A stretch of DNA of 64,000 nucleotides from Candidatus Obscuribacteraceae bacterium (GTDB taxonomy: Bacteria; Cyanobacteriota; Vampirovibrionia; Obscuribacterales; Obscuribacteraceae), in contig JBGASG010000003.1 in assembly GCA_044229845.1 (NCBI GenBank), forward strand, positions 352,001 to 416,000, in the 5' to 3' direction. The first letter of the stretch is position 1; each line of letters opens with the position of its first letter. This document shows, piece after piece, positions 37,655-46,832 of this stretch. Below the pieces are notes generated by a model. It ran no database searches and was not told the origin of the DNA. It saw nothing but the letters and a program-made list of their open reading frames with translations. The position numbers and the translations under genes were made by a program.

Positions 37655-38419
37655 CTAAGTCAGACGCTTTTCTTCGACCGTAATCACTGTCCCAGCTTCG
37701 GTTTCCCCCACTGGAGCGGAGCTCAATCCCAAATTAAATGACAATCGGTGCCAGGAAGTAGGTCCGAACAGATCAAGAGCCTGATAGTGAGCACGAGACT
37801 GGTAACCTTTGTTCGATTCCCAAAAGTAATAGGGGTGACGTTCAGCTAGTCCGCGCATCAAATCGTCGCGGTAGACCTTGGCGATAATGGAAGCGGCGGC
37901 GATCGAGGCGGAACGGCTGTCGCCGCCAATGACTGTGGTCTGCCGCATGCGCAGATTAGGGACTTGCTTGTTGCCGTCAACAAGCAGCACCGCCCCTGGT
38001 ATCGGTCCCAGCTTCATCACCGCCCGTTTCATCGCCAGCAAACTGGCCTGCAAAATATTGATCTCATCGATTTCTTCGGGCGTCGCTTCCGCGATGGCAT
38101 ACCGGCAGCATTCCATCAGGATCGCCGACATCCGCTCTCGTTCCGGCGGGGGCACCAATTTGGAGTCGTTGAGCAGCGCCAGCTGTTTCTCCAGAGCAGA
38201 CCTCGGAGCGATTCGTGGCAGCACCACCGCGCACGCGACTACGGGACCCGCGAGGCAGCCACGCCCCACTTCATCTGTACCGATGATTGTCAGCGCCGGA
38301 TTTGCCTGATCGGCGCCGGTGAGTTGTTGCCCATCGAAAGCTAAGAGCTTTCGAACATGGCGCAATGAAACTCCGGCTTTCTTAGCCGGTTTCTTCTCTT
38401 TGACAGTAGCTGGTGTCAC
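37655..38419 (-). CDS. rnhB: Ribonuclease HII
   Basis: GTDEVGRGCLAGPVV, NDSK, INILQAS, LVDGN, SIAAASIIAKVYRD, NKGY. Confidence 0.97.
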   Translation of the reverse strand: MTPATVKEKKPAKKAGVSLRHVRKLLAFDGQQLTGADQANPALTIIGTDEVGRGCLAGPVVACAVVLPRIAPRSALEKQLALLNDSKLVPPPERERMSAILMECCRYAIAEATPEEIDEINILQASLLAMKRAVMKLGPIPGAVLLVDGNKQVPNLRMRQTTVIGGDSRSASIAAASIIAKVYRDDLMRGLAERHPYYFWESNKGYQSRAHYQALDLFGPTSWHRLSFNLGLSSAPVGETEAGTVITVEEKRLT

Positions 38420-39246
38420 TTGCGAATTTCGTCCAAAACGAAGGGCCCGAGCTTGCCGGACCTCAATTCATTCAGGAATACCGCGCCGGCTCTGCGAGTG
38501 TCGAGTCTTCCGCCTGAACTGAGGAACGACCTCATCTTAGCGAGATTCTCCAGTGTCGGCTCGGTTTCAGCAAGGTCCAGTCCGTAACGTTTCAGCATGT
38601 CGCGTCGCGTTGAAGCTATATGCACAAGAGCCCATTCCGATATCTCTTCGAGATCGTACCGATCATCCGGAAGCAGATTACAGACGGCCAATTTGTTAGC
38701 CACATCCGGATCAAAATTGACCGGAGGCAAAAGTCCGGGCGTGTCTAAAAGTTCGATTTGGGGATGGATGCGCACCCACTGGGTTCCTTTAGTAATTCCA
38801 GGTTTGTCGCCTGTTTTGGCCCGTTTGGTGCCGATCAGCCAGTTGATCAAACTCGATTTGCCGACATTCGGCAGCCCGACCACAGTCGCGCGCATCGGTC
38901 GAGGCAACAGACCTTTTGCCTCCCAGGCCGCTCGACGTTCTTTGGTGAGCTTCAGGGCTTCGTCGAATAATCGCTTTTGTCCCTTGTTTTGCTTCAGCGA
39001 AACAGCCAGGGCGGTGACGCCATCAGTAGACAACTGGCGAAGAAACTGTTTGAGTGCGTACGGCTCAGCCAGATCCTCTTTGGACAGAACAATCAGCCTC
39101 GGCTTGTTGCCGAAGATTTGACCAGCCGCCGGATGCCGGCTTGAGTCGGGAATGCGGGCATCGCGGACCTCCAGAAGCAAGTCGACCACCTGCAACTGCT
39201 CTTTCAGGATGGTGAAAGGCGTGCGGCGTGCTGGCTTTTGAGGCAC
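38416..39246 (-). CDS. rbgA: Ribosome biogenesis GTPase RbgA/YlqF
   Basis: EVRDARIP, SKEDLA, GLPNVGKSSLIN, PGITKG.QW, LLDTPG; in rplS-rbgA-rnhB order. Confidence 0.93.
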   Translation of the reverse strand: MPQKPARRTPFTILKEQLQVVDLLLEVRDARIPDSSRHPAAGQIFGNKPRLIVLSKEDLAEPYALKQFLRQLSTDGVTALAVSLKQNKGQKRLFDEALKLTKERRAAWEAKGLLPRPMRATVVGLPNVGKSSLINWLIGTKRAKTGDKPGITKGTQWVRIHPQIELLDTPGLLPPVNFDPDVANKLAVCNLLPDDRYDLEEISEWALVHIASTRRDMLKRYGLDLAETEPTLENLAKMRSFLSSGGRLDTRRAGAVFLNELRSGKLGPFVLDEIRK

Positions 39247-39254
39247 TGGTCAGC

Positions 39255-39713
39255 CTAGGAAACGGGTTGCTCGGCCGGCTCGGGAGCTTCTTGCTGCTGT
39301 TCGACAGCTTGAGTCGGCTCTTTGGCGGCTGCTGCAGGAGCGTTAGCTTGCTGCAAGTCTTTCCGGGCGCCGACTTTCTCTTTGATACGAGTGGCTTTGC
39401 CGGTGCGCTTGCGCAGGTAATACAGCTTGGCGCGACGTACATCACCACGGCGGAGAACAGTGATTTTCTCAACACGGGGCGAGTGAATCAAGAAGACACG
39501 CTCGATGCCGATGCCCTGGAAAACTCTGCGCACTGTCAGCGTTTCGTTGACGCCTGAGCCGCGGCGCTTGATGATTACGCCTTCGTACCCTTGAGTACGC
39601 TCTTTGCCGCCCTCGCGAATCTTGACGAACACTTTGACGGTGTCGCCGACATTGAGCTGAGGGACGTTGCTCTTGATGTAAGAGGCTTCTATGTCTCTGA
39701 TGATCTGGTTCAT
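39255..39713 (-). CDS. rplS: 50S ribosomal protein L19
   Basis: [38 protein letters not shown]. Confidence 0.99.
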   Translation of the reverse strand: MNQIIRDIEASYIKSNVPQLNVGDTVKVFVKIREGGKERTQGYEGVIIKRRGSGVNETLTVRRVFQGIGIERVFLIHSPRVEKITVLRRGDVRRAKLYYLRKRTGKATRIKEKVGARKDLQQANAPAAAAKEPTQAVEQQQEAPEPAEQPVS

Positions 39714-39750
39714 GGCTCTAAAAACTTAGGTGTAAGAAAGGCAGCCGACA

Positions 39751-39759
39751 ATTCTAGCA
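39751..39759 (-). promoter_or_regulatory. Extended -10 promoter of the rplS operon
   Basis: TGCTAGAAT on the minus strand about 40 bp upstream of rplS. Confidence 0.55.
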
Positions 39760-39844
39760 TTTCGCCACGCGGCCTAAGCCAGTTTAACCCCCAAAGAGAC
39801 GCCCCTGCCATATTCGCCAAACATATCTTAATTTGCTCAGGCTT

Positions 39845-39868
39845 AAGAAAGGCTCATACAGCGAGCCT
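39845..39868 (-). terminator. Probable terminator downstream of nrdR
   Basis: AGGCTC-GCTGTAT-GAGCCT followed by TTCTT. Confidence 0.5.
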
Positions 39869-39929
39869 CTCACGGACCTCCAGGTTCACCCTTGCAGCCC
39901 GAAAGCCGCTGCCAGGGAGCCGGGAGGTA

Positions 39930-40445
39930 TCAGAGCGAACTGACCGGCGGAGCAGCCGTAAGGGAGATCGCCGGCACCGAGCTGCCGGCTGAAGGCGATG
40001 TCAAAGACTCCAGCCCGTCCAGGGCGGAGACAAAGTCGGAAACGGATTGGAAGGCGCGATAAACGGAAGCAAATCGCACATACGCAACCTGATTCAGTCC
40101 TTTCAAGCGGGACAGAGTCAGTTCTCCAATCATGCTGGAAGAAATTTCTCGACGACCGTTCAGCTCCACTTCCAGATCATCGACTAATTCATCGACCTGA
40201 TTGGCGGTGACTGAGGTTTTGGCACAAGCTCTAGCAACACCGGCACGCAATTTTTCGCGCGTGTAAGGTTCGCGATTTCCGGAAGATTTGACCACCAGTA
40301 GTTGCATCGCCTCGATGCGTTCGTATGTGGTGAACCGCTTCTGGCAAACCTCACATTCGCGACGACGACGAATTGAAGAATTTTCCGAGGTCAATCGGGA
40401 TTCAAGAACGCGGCTGTCTCTGTTGTTGCAGAAGGGACAATTCAT
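39930..40445 (-). CDS. nrdR: Transcriptional repressor NrdR
   Basis: MNCPFC...SRVLESR...IRRRRECEVC.KRFTTYE, ATP cone, VAYVRFASVYR. Confidence 0.98.
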   Translation of the reverse strand: MNCPFCNNRDSRVLESRLTSENSSIRRRRECEVCQKRFTTYERIEAMQLLVVKSSGNREPYTREKLRAGVARACAKTSVTANQVDELVDDLEVELNGRREISSSMIGELTLSRLKGLNQVAYVRFASVYRAFQSVSDFVSALDGLESLTSPSAGSSVPAISLTAAPPVSSL

Positions 40446-40663
40446 ATTGAGGCCGATCATACATGACACTACTTGCAGTTGCAAATGCTTCGGCCGATCG
40501 ATTTGATATACACACCATATGCGGTGATTAGATCGGCGATCTTCAGCAGAGATCCAGTTGGTGTCAAATATGGTGCCAATTGATCAAAATGCTCCCTGAT
40601 TCGGCACTGGTTTGGAAAACAGCTCCGGTTTGGGTAAAAGATGATAGTTGCCGCCGCTGCCGT

Positions 40664-41830
40664 ATGAAACCATTCGAGAGCAAAACCCAGCAAACCAGCA
40701 GCCTCAAAGAAGGTGAGGCTGGGGAAGCCGCGCCATCGCTGCCGGCCGAAGCCCAATCGTCGCAGCAGCCGCAGCCCACAGGTGGTGCCGCAAAAACGAG
40801 CGGCACCGGCAGCCCGCAGCGCCCCGCGCCGGCTTACTTTTCCTGGCAGATCTTGTTGTGCGCGCTGGCTATAGCCATGGTTTTCATGGTCGCTATCAGC
40901 ACGAGAGACATGGCGCCTGCATTCACAATCGGCGATTCCTTCCACGACTTACCTAAGAGCGATGAGGGGCTGGTGGCGCTGGCACTGCGCATGCAGCTGG
41001 CACGCGCCGAATTGCAGCACAATAACGCCGCCGTCCAGGTGTCCTTAAGGTTGTTAGCGGATTTCTCTCTGCACCAGGGAAACGACCAGAATGCTGCAAA
41101 GTATTTGCAGCGCCTCCTGGACTCGCCGCCGCTCCCGCTCGAAGATCAACGCATGTACGCAGCACCAATGCTGATGCAGATTTATTTCGATCACGGACAG
41201 TTCAAAGAGGCCAAAAAAGTCTTTGAAAACAATCGAAAAAGCTTTTTCAAATTCCGCCCACAAATGCGCATCTATGAGCTGGCATCGCGTATCTACCAAA
41301 AACTGGGAGAGGACGAAAACCGGCAAGCGGTGGAGAACGTGATGAAAGGAATTCGCCTGAATGAAAGCGGACTGATGCCCAGCAATCCCAACAGTCCCGA
41401 TCCGATTCCATCAATGTATTACTCGGCGCAATCATGCATGGCGCAGGGAGAGTATGCTCAAGCACGCAAGCTTTTGCAGATACTAAGTGACGAAAATCTG
41501 GTGGCAGCGCATCCGGAGATGCCATTGCGAGTGCAATTGATGCTGCCGGTGGTGACAGGTCTGCAAGGTGACTATGAAAAGGCCGCTGAAGAATTTGCCA
41601 CTTCAGTGAAAATTTGGAACCAGGCGAAAGCATGGAATTCCTTATCGATGAGCGAATCCTACGCCTATTTGAACACATACGCCGACGTGCTTCGCCATAC
41701 CGGACGAGAAGAGCGAGCCGACGCCGTGCAGCGTCAAGCGGATGCATTGGAGAAACAAATGCAAGCAAGGCTGCCAGATATGCTTGTTGGTCCGATTCGC
41801 TGGTGGAACACCAAAAAGGAATCACCTTGA
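40664..41830 (+). CDS. Single-TM TPR-like protein (paralog 1 of 4)
   Basis: Disordered N-terminus, TM helix, helical repeats, LMLPVV motif. Confidence 0.75.
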   Translation: MKPFESKTQQTSSLKEGEAGEAAPSLPAEAQSSQQPQPTGGAAKTSGTGSPQRPAPAYFSWQILLCALAIAMVFMVAISTRDMAPAFTIGDSFHDLPKSDEGLVALALRMQLARAELQHNNAAVQVSLRLLADFSLHQGNDQNAAKYLQRLLDSPPLPLEDQRMYAAPMLMQIYFDHGQFKEAKKVFENNRKSFFKFRPQMRIYELASRIYQKLGEDENRQAVENVMKGIRLNESGLMPSNPNSPDPIPSMYYSAQSCMAQGEYAQARKLLQILSDENLVAAHPEMPLRVQLMLPVVTGLQGDYEKAAEEFATSVKIWNQAKAWNSLSMSESYAYLNTYADVLRHTGREERADAVQRQADALEKQMQARLPDMLVGPIRWWNTKKESP

Positions 41831-43137
41831 TGGGACCGGAGCCAGGCAACACCGATACCATATCTAGTGGCGAACAGATCGAACTGACCGTCCATGAACA
41901 AACCGCGGAAGATCAAGCTCCGGAGACGGTGGACGATCAGCCTGCATCGCAGCCGACAGACGCTCGCGATGCCGGCAGCGAATCCGGACCTGCGCCTGCA
42001 CACGGAAATCTGTGGCGTCGAGTGGGACTCGGCTCGCTTATATCAGTTTTGATCATCAGCTGCCTTTTGGCACTCTTCAACGAATTGATTGTCGCTCCGC
42101 ACTACCCGTCGCCCTTTACCGACCTTGGGGGCGCGTCGGGCAGGGTCACTCTGTTTCCAGATGATGAACCCGGACAGGTCGTCTACGATCCAAACCACTT
42201 CCCCGACCTGCGCGTAATCGTGCGAGACCCCACCTTGACTCCAAGCTTGCCGATTTTGCAGTTGCGCGCACTTTACGGCAACGAGAAAACAAAAAAGCGC
42301 ACAATTCTGGATACTGCCCTCTGGCACCTGAATCGCAACGAAGAAGCAAAGGCTGCCCCGCTTCTGGAGCAGCTTTTGCTGTCATCGGACGGACTCGATG
42401 ACGAACAAACAGCCGTCGCTGACACGCTGTCTCAGATTTATTACAACCAGGGACGCTATCAGCAGTCACTCGACATCTATTCCAGGTACGTCGATAAAAA
42501 CCGAGTGATGTATCAGCTGGAAGCGTCTAAGCTGCGTGCCGCATCCTGCCTGGAAAAGCTCGGGCTGACGGAACAAGCTGCCGGCGTCCGCGCTGAGGCG
42601 GAAAGGTTGGCACTATTTCCAAACGACGGTGATCTAGATAACTTTCCGGGTCAGTCTTTCAGGGACACCGATGCCAATTCAGCGTTAGAAAGTCTCTACA
42701 ATGCGGCAAGGGTTAACGCAGCCCAGGGCAATCTCGCCACCTCCCGAAAATACTTTGAGATCATCAAATCCAGCGGACTGGCAAAACCGAATTCAGTGAT
42801 TCTCTTGCGCACCACCATGTTCGCCCCTGTATTGAGCATGCTGGAAGGAAACACAGAGCGCGCGGGCAATGAGTTTAAGGAAGCGCTAAAAGTCCACGAC
42901 GAGCTCGACCGCATCAAGCCGACCGACGGCAGCCCGGCGCCGAGTGATTACAACGATTGGGAAATTGTTTGCCGGTCGTACGCTGACTACCTGGACCGGC
43001 AAAGAGATCCGCAGCAAGCCAAAGTTTGGCGCCGCAAAGCCGACATCGTGCGCGAGATACTCAGACAAAAGCACTTTCGCGGCACATGGTGGAGCAAATC
43101 ACCAGTAGAAAAAAGCCCTGCCACTAAGGAACATTAG
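41830..43137 (+). CDS. Single-TM TPR-like protein (paralog 2 of 4)
   Basis: TGATG coupling to the previous gene; acidic N-terminus, TM, LSQIYYNQGRYQQS, MFAPVL motif. Confidence 0.75.
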   Translation: MGPEPGNTDTISSGEQIELTVHEQTAEDQAPETVDDQPASQPTDARDAGSESGPAPAHGNLWRRVGLGSLISVLIISCLLALFNELIVAPHYPSPFTDLGGASGRVTLFPDDEPGQVVYDPNHFPDLRVIVRDPTLTPSLPILQLRALYGNEKTKKRTILDTALWHLNRNEEAKAAPLLEQLLLSSDGLDDEQTAVADTLSQIYYNQGRYQQSLDIYSRYVDKNRVMYQLEASKLRAASCLEKLGLTEQAAGVRAEAERLALFPNDGDLDNFPGQSFRDTDANSALESLYNAARVNAAQGNLATSRKYFEIIKSSGLAKPNSVILLRTTMFAPVLSMLEGNTERAGNEFKEALKVHDELDRIKPTDGSPAPSDYNDWEIVCRSYADYLDRQRDPQQAKVWRRKADIVREILRQKHFRGTWWSKSPVEKSPATKEH

Positions 43138-43206
43138 GCGCCTGAGACAGCGTCTGGCATAATTGTTTCATTGCTGAATACTCCGTGTGCTGCGCCAGGG
43201 GCAAGG

Positions 43207-43887
43207 ATGAAGCGCGAGAAAAACCACTACCAGGTGTTGGGGCTCGAACCCACTGTCACAACCGCGCAAATCAAGCGGGCATATCGCGAACTGGTGAAGG
43301 AGCGGCACCCAGACTTGCACGAGTCCAACGGCAACAGAGCTCGCCAATCAGCGACAGAAGACATGATGCAGCTCAACGAAGCATACGAAACCTTAATGGA
43401 TGCCGGTCGGCGTGCCGAATACGACATCAAGATGGGAATCCGCAAGGGACGCACCACGGGCAAAGCTACTTTTGCGTCAGGCAGCGAAGATGAAGCGCGA
43501 GAGCGTTATCTGTCTCGTATCTTCTATCCCGCCCGCACAACCGTGGTGCGCGTCCTCAACAAGTACAAGAAAAATCTGCGCGAGCTGTCTCTAGATCCGT
43601 TCGACGACGAGTTGCTGGGGGCATTTCAGCAATACGCCGACGAGGTGGAATCGACGTTGCGCAAAGCCTCTGACGACATCAGCCTCAATCCATCACCGCG
43701 CTCGCTGAAAGCGTCGGTGCACATGATGCGCAACAGCCTGGCTCAGGCCGCCGACGGACTGGAAGAAATGCGCACATTTTGTTTGAACTACGACTATAGC
43801 CATCTGAATATGGCTGAAAACCTCTTCAAGATTTCGGTCGATCTGGCCAAACAAGCTCTCGACCTGACCAAGACAGGTCAGTTCTAA
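43207..43887 (+). CDS. J-domain protein (cyanobacterial-type helical C-terminus)
   Basis: NHYQVLGL...IKRAYRELVKERHPD...LNEAYETL.D..RR..YD; LSLDPFDDELL. Confidence 0.9.
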   Translation: MKREKNHYQVLGLEPTVTTAQIKRAYRELVKERHPDLHESNGNRARQSATEDMMQLNEAYETLMDAGRRAEYDIKMGIRKGRTTGKATFASGSEDEARERYLSRIFYPARTTVVRVLNKYKKNLRELSLDPFDDELLGAFQQYADEVESTLRKASDDISLNPSPRSLKASVHMMRNSLAQAADGLEEMRTFCLNYDYSHLNMAENLFKISVDLAKQALDLTKTGQF

Positions 43888-43952
43888 TCCAGTAAAACCC
43901 CTGTGGCATTCGATGTCGAACTCTCCGATTATGACAGTGGAGGATTCAAACG

Positions 43953-45002
43953 ATGCCCCAAGATGCGCCATCACCGACCACCGATGCCACCACCACCGGC
44001 GCGACCACTGCTGCGGACGCCCCGAAAAAGCGCCGCCCGATTTTTCGGGATCCACTCGCCATTATGGCGGTGTGCCTGGCTATAGTCGTCAGTGTCGCCA
44101 ACTATTTGATCGGCGGCTATCCGGAGATGTATGTACTCGAAGATTTCCAGCAAATGCCGAAATCTCAGCTTGCCACCATTGAAACGCAGTTGCAGTTGCG
44201 GGTTGCAAAAGAACAGATTTTACGACCGACTGGGCAACCGCTCTCATGTGCACTTGGCAGTCTTGGCTTCTTGAAGCTGAATCAGGGCAACAGGAAGGAG
44301 GCAATCAGGTTTTTCGAAAAAGCAATCGCTAATCAAGATTACGGAGTCTACGATGACCCTGTTCGCTACTATCTGGGTCGCCTCTACCTGTCGGAAGGTC
44401 GAATAGATGATGCTGTTGCACTGATGGTGAAGTGGCGAGGACAACTCAACACCAACGTTCGCGATGCCACGGGCGAACTGGTGGCATTTCATCAGCTCGA
44501 TGCAGACATAATGCAGGCAGCCGGCAAGAAAAACGCCGCCAACCAAGCAAGGGCTCTGGAGGAGCGATGCTTGCGAACACCGCTATATTTGTCTTTCAAC
44601 ACCGACTCTCAGTACTCGCCGTCTTCTTCAGTCTTGCGCTCGCTGTTCGAACAAGGATGCGCCTTGCTCGCGGCCGATCGCTATGCCGAAGCAAAGCGAG
44701 TATTCAACATGACGATCAAAGGACTACCTGACGTAAAAGAAGACCTGCAAGCCCGAAGCGAAGCCATTCTCATGCTGCCCGTAGTAGATTATTGCGCGGG
44801 CGACTGGTCGGCAGCAGAAAAGGATTTTGCAGTCGCTGCCACTCAACCTGAGGATGGGACCAACACGGCGGCCGCAGTTTTCTACCATTACTACAGCGAG
44901 TATCTGCGGCGCAAAGGATTGACCAAGCAAGCCGCCGAGTTCGCCGCCAAAGAACTGGCTGTCAGACAACAGCGGAACCGCTTCTATACAACCCGTATCT
45001 AG
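43953..45002 (+). CDS. Single-TM TPR-like protein (paralog 3 of 4)
   Basis: Thr/Ala-rich N-terminus, TM, LGFLKLNQGNRKEAIRFFEKAI, LMLPVV motif. Confidence 0.75.
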   Translation: MPQDAPSPTTDATTTGATTAADAPKKRRPIFRDPLAIMAVCLAIVVSVANYLIGGYPEMYVLEDFQQMPKSQLATIETQLQLRVAKEQILRPTGQPLSCALGSLGFLKLNQGNRKEAIRFFEKAIANQDYGVYDDPVRYYLGRLYLSEGRIDDAVALMVKWRGQLNTNVRDATGELVAFHQLDADIMQAAGKKNAANQARALEERCLRTPLYLSFNTDSQYSPSSSVLRSLFEQGCALLAADRYAEAKRVFNMTIKGLPDVKEDLQARSEAILMLPVVDYCAGDWSAAEKDFAVAATQPEDGTNTAAAVFYHYYSEYLRRKGLTKQAAEFAAKELAVRQQRNRFYTTRI

Positions 45003-45898
45003 TTGGGTGCGGCTTCCGGCATCGCATTGTCTGCAACGGCTGTGGCGGAGTTAGAAAACTCGATAATTCGCAGCGGCGCTTGCTCCGGATCTAGTGTCCG
45101 CAAAAGCGGCATAGCCACGTTATAGACCGGTATGCCATTACTAGTGGTGCCATGCGGGCTGCCGGCATGGGCATGCCCGTGAAAGACCGCACTGACAGGA
45201 TATCTCAACAGCGGCTCTTCCAGCCTCGTGGTGCCCAGAAATGGGAACAATTCGGGAGACTCACCCTGCACGGTTGCGGCAATCGGCGAGTAGTGCAGAA
45301 CTGCAATGCGATGCGGATTATGCAGCTTAGCCAGTGCGCCTTCAAGCTTGAGCGCCTCCTCAATGGCTTCATGCACAAAGTTCTTGATGATGGTTTCGCC
45401 CCAGGCACCGAGAGTGTAACGCCCGAATCCACCGGCAAAGCCCTTCACTCCGGCAAAACCTATGCCATCGATCTCCACAGCCTCGCCATCAAGAATTTTG
45501 ATGCCTGCGTGACAGAGTATTTCAGTAATCGCGGCAGGCTGACCAGACTCATGATCGTGATTGCCGAGCACACCGACAACCGGCAACGGACAACCGGCGT
45601 CAGCATATTCACCGGCCAGTATATGAGCTTCTTCAATCGTTCCGTAGTCTGTCAAATCGCCGGCCAGAATCAGAATGTCGGCTTGCTGTGCCGCTGCTTC
45701 GAAAAGAGATTGGAGCACTCCCTTCGAGCGCTTGGTGCAATGGATGTCGCCGACGGCGGCGATACGCACGGTCTCCTTTTGACGCATATGCTGGCTAGAC
45801 TCCAGAAGCTCTACAGAACACACGACTGAATCCTCCGCAGGAAGTGCCGGCCCTGGCTCAGCCATATGCGATTTGTTTGCCGGCGGCACAACAGGCAC
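44999..45898 (-). CDS. Calcineurin-like metallophosphoesterase
   Basis: GDIH, AGDLTD, GNHD, VLH, HGHAH; the true start may be ATG 45787. Confidence 0.93.
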   Translation of the reverse strand: MPVVPPANKSHMAEPGPALPAEDSVVCSVELLESSQHMRQKETVRIAAVGDIHCTKRSKGVLQSLFEAAAQQADILILAGDLTDYGTIEEAHILAGEYADAGCPLPVVGVLGNHDHESGQPAAITEILCHAGIKILDGEAVEIDGIGFAGVKGFAGGFGRYTLGAWGETIIKNFVHEAIEEALKLEGALAKLHNPHRIAVLHYSPIAATVQGESPELFPFLGTTRLEEPLLRYPVSAVFHGHAHAGSPHGTTSNGIPVYNVAMPLLRTLDPEQAPLRIIEFSNSATAVADNAMPEAAPN

Positions 45899-45987
45899 TC
45901 TATTCGAATTTTATCGTCGAGGTTTTGACCGCGCCAATTTCCAGATCAGCAGTTTTTTGCACTACTTAGGAGTCTACAAGAGTTAAC

Positions 45988-46827
45988 ATGAGCACCATCG
46001 ACCCTCAAAAGATCAATACGAACGTACCCGGTGCCACCTGTCTGGACCCGCGCGCCGTGCGCTTCTACACCGATGCCATGCGCACGCTTCAGGAGGCTGA
46101 CATTGACTTTCTCGTAGGCGGCGCCTATGCATTTTTTCGCTATACAGATATCGAAAGGCACACATGTGACTTCGACATCTTCGTACGCCAACAAGACTGC
46201 AAACGCGTTCTAAAAATTCTGAGCGCTAAGAGCAAATTCCGATCTGAGCTGAGCTTTCCCCACTGGCTCGGCAAGGTCTACTGGGAGACACTCTACATCG
46301 ATGTAATCTTCAGTTCCGGCAACGGCATCGCCCGGGTGGACGACGAGTGGTTTACCAATGCCACCCATGATGAAGTTCTCGGAGTGCCGGTCAATCTGGT
46401 GCCGGCTGAGGAGATGATCTGGTCCAAGGGATACATCATGGAGCGTGAGCGTTATGATGGTGCAGACATAGCGCACATCATCCATGCGCGCGGTGAATCA
46501 CTCGACTGGGAGCGCTTATTGCGCCGCTTTGGCGAGCACAGTTCGGTTTTGCTGAGTCACCTGGTGCTCTTCGACTTCATCTACCCCGGTGAGTCCGACA
46601 AGATACCAGATACGGTGATGAATGAATTGCTCCAGAGAGCGAAGAGAGCGCACCAAGAGCCCAGCAAGTCGATGGGCAAGAAACAAATTTGCCAGGGCAC
46701 TTTGTTGTCGCGTGAACAATACCTTACCGATCTCGATGTTTGGGGCTATAAAGATGCCCGCATTGAACGTGGTTTCATGACGGCAGCCAGCACCAGGCAC
46801 TGGACGGCCGCCATTCAATTCAAATAG
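45988..46827 (+). CDS. Nucleotidyltransferase (Pol-beta superfamily)
   Basis: FLVGGAYAF...R.TCDFDIFV, later IDVIF acidic residue, K....ER.RYDGAD, LDWERLL. Confidence 0.85.
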   Translation: MSTIDPQKINTNVPGATCLDPRAVRFYTDAMRTLQEADIDFLVGGAYAFFRYTDIERHTCDFDIFVRQQDCKRVLKILSAKSKFRSELSFPHWLGKVYWETLYIDVIFSSGNGIARVDDEWFTNATHDEVLGVPVNLVPAEEMIWSKGYIMERERYDGADIAHIIHARGESLDWERLLRRFGEHSSVLLSHLVLFDFIYPGESDKIPDTVMNELLQRAKRAHQEPSKSMGKKQICQGTLLSREQYLTDLDVWGYKDARIERGFMTAASTRHWTAAIQFK

Positions 46828-46832
46828 ATACT

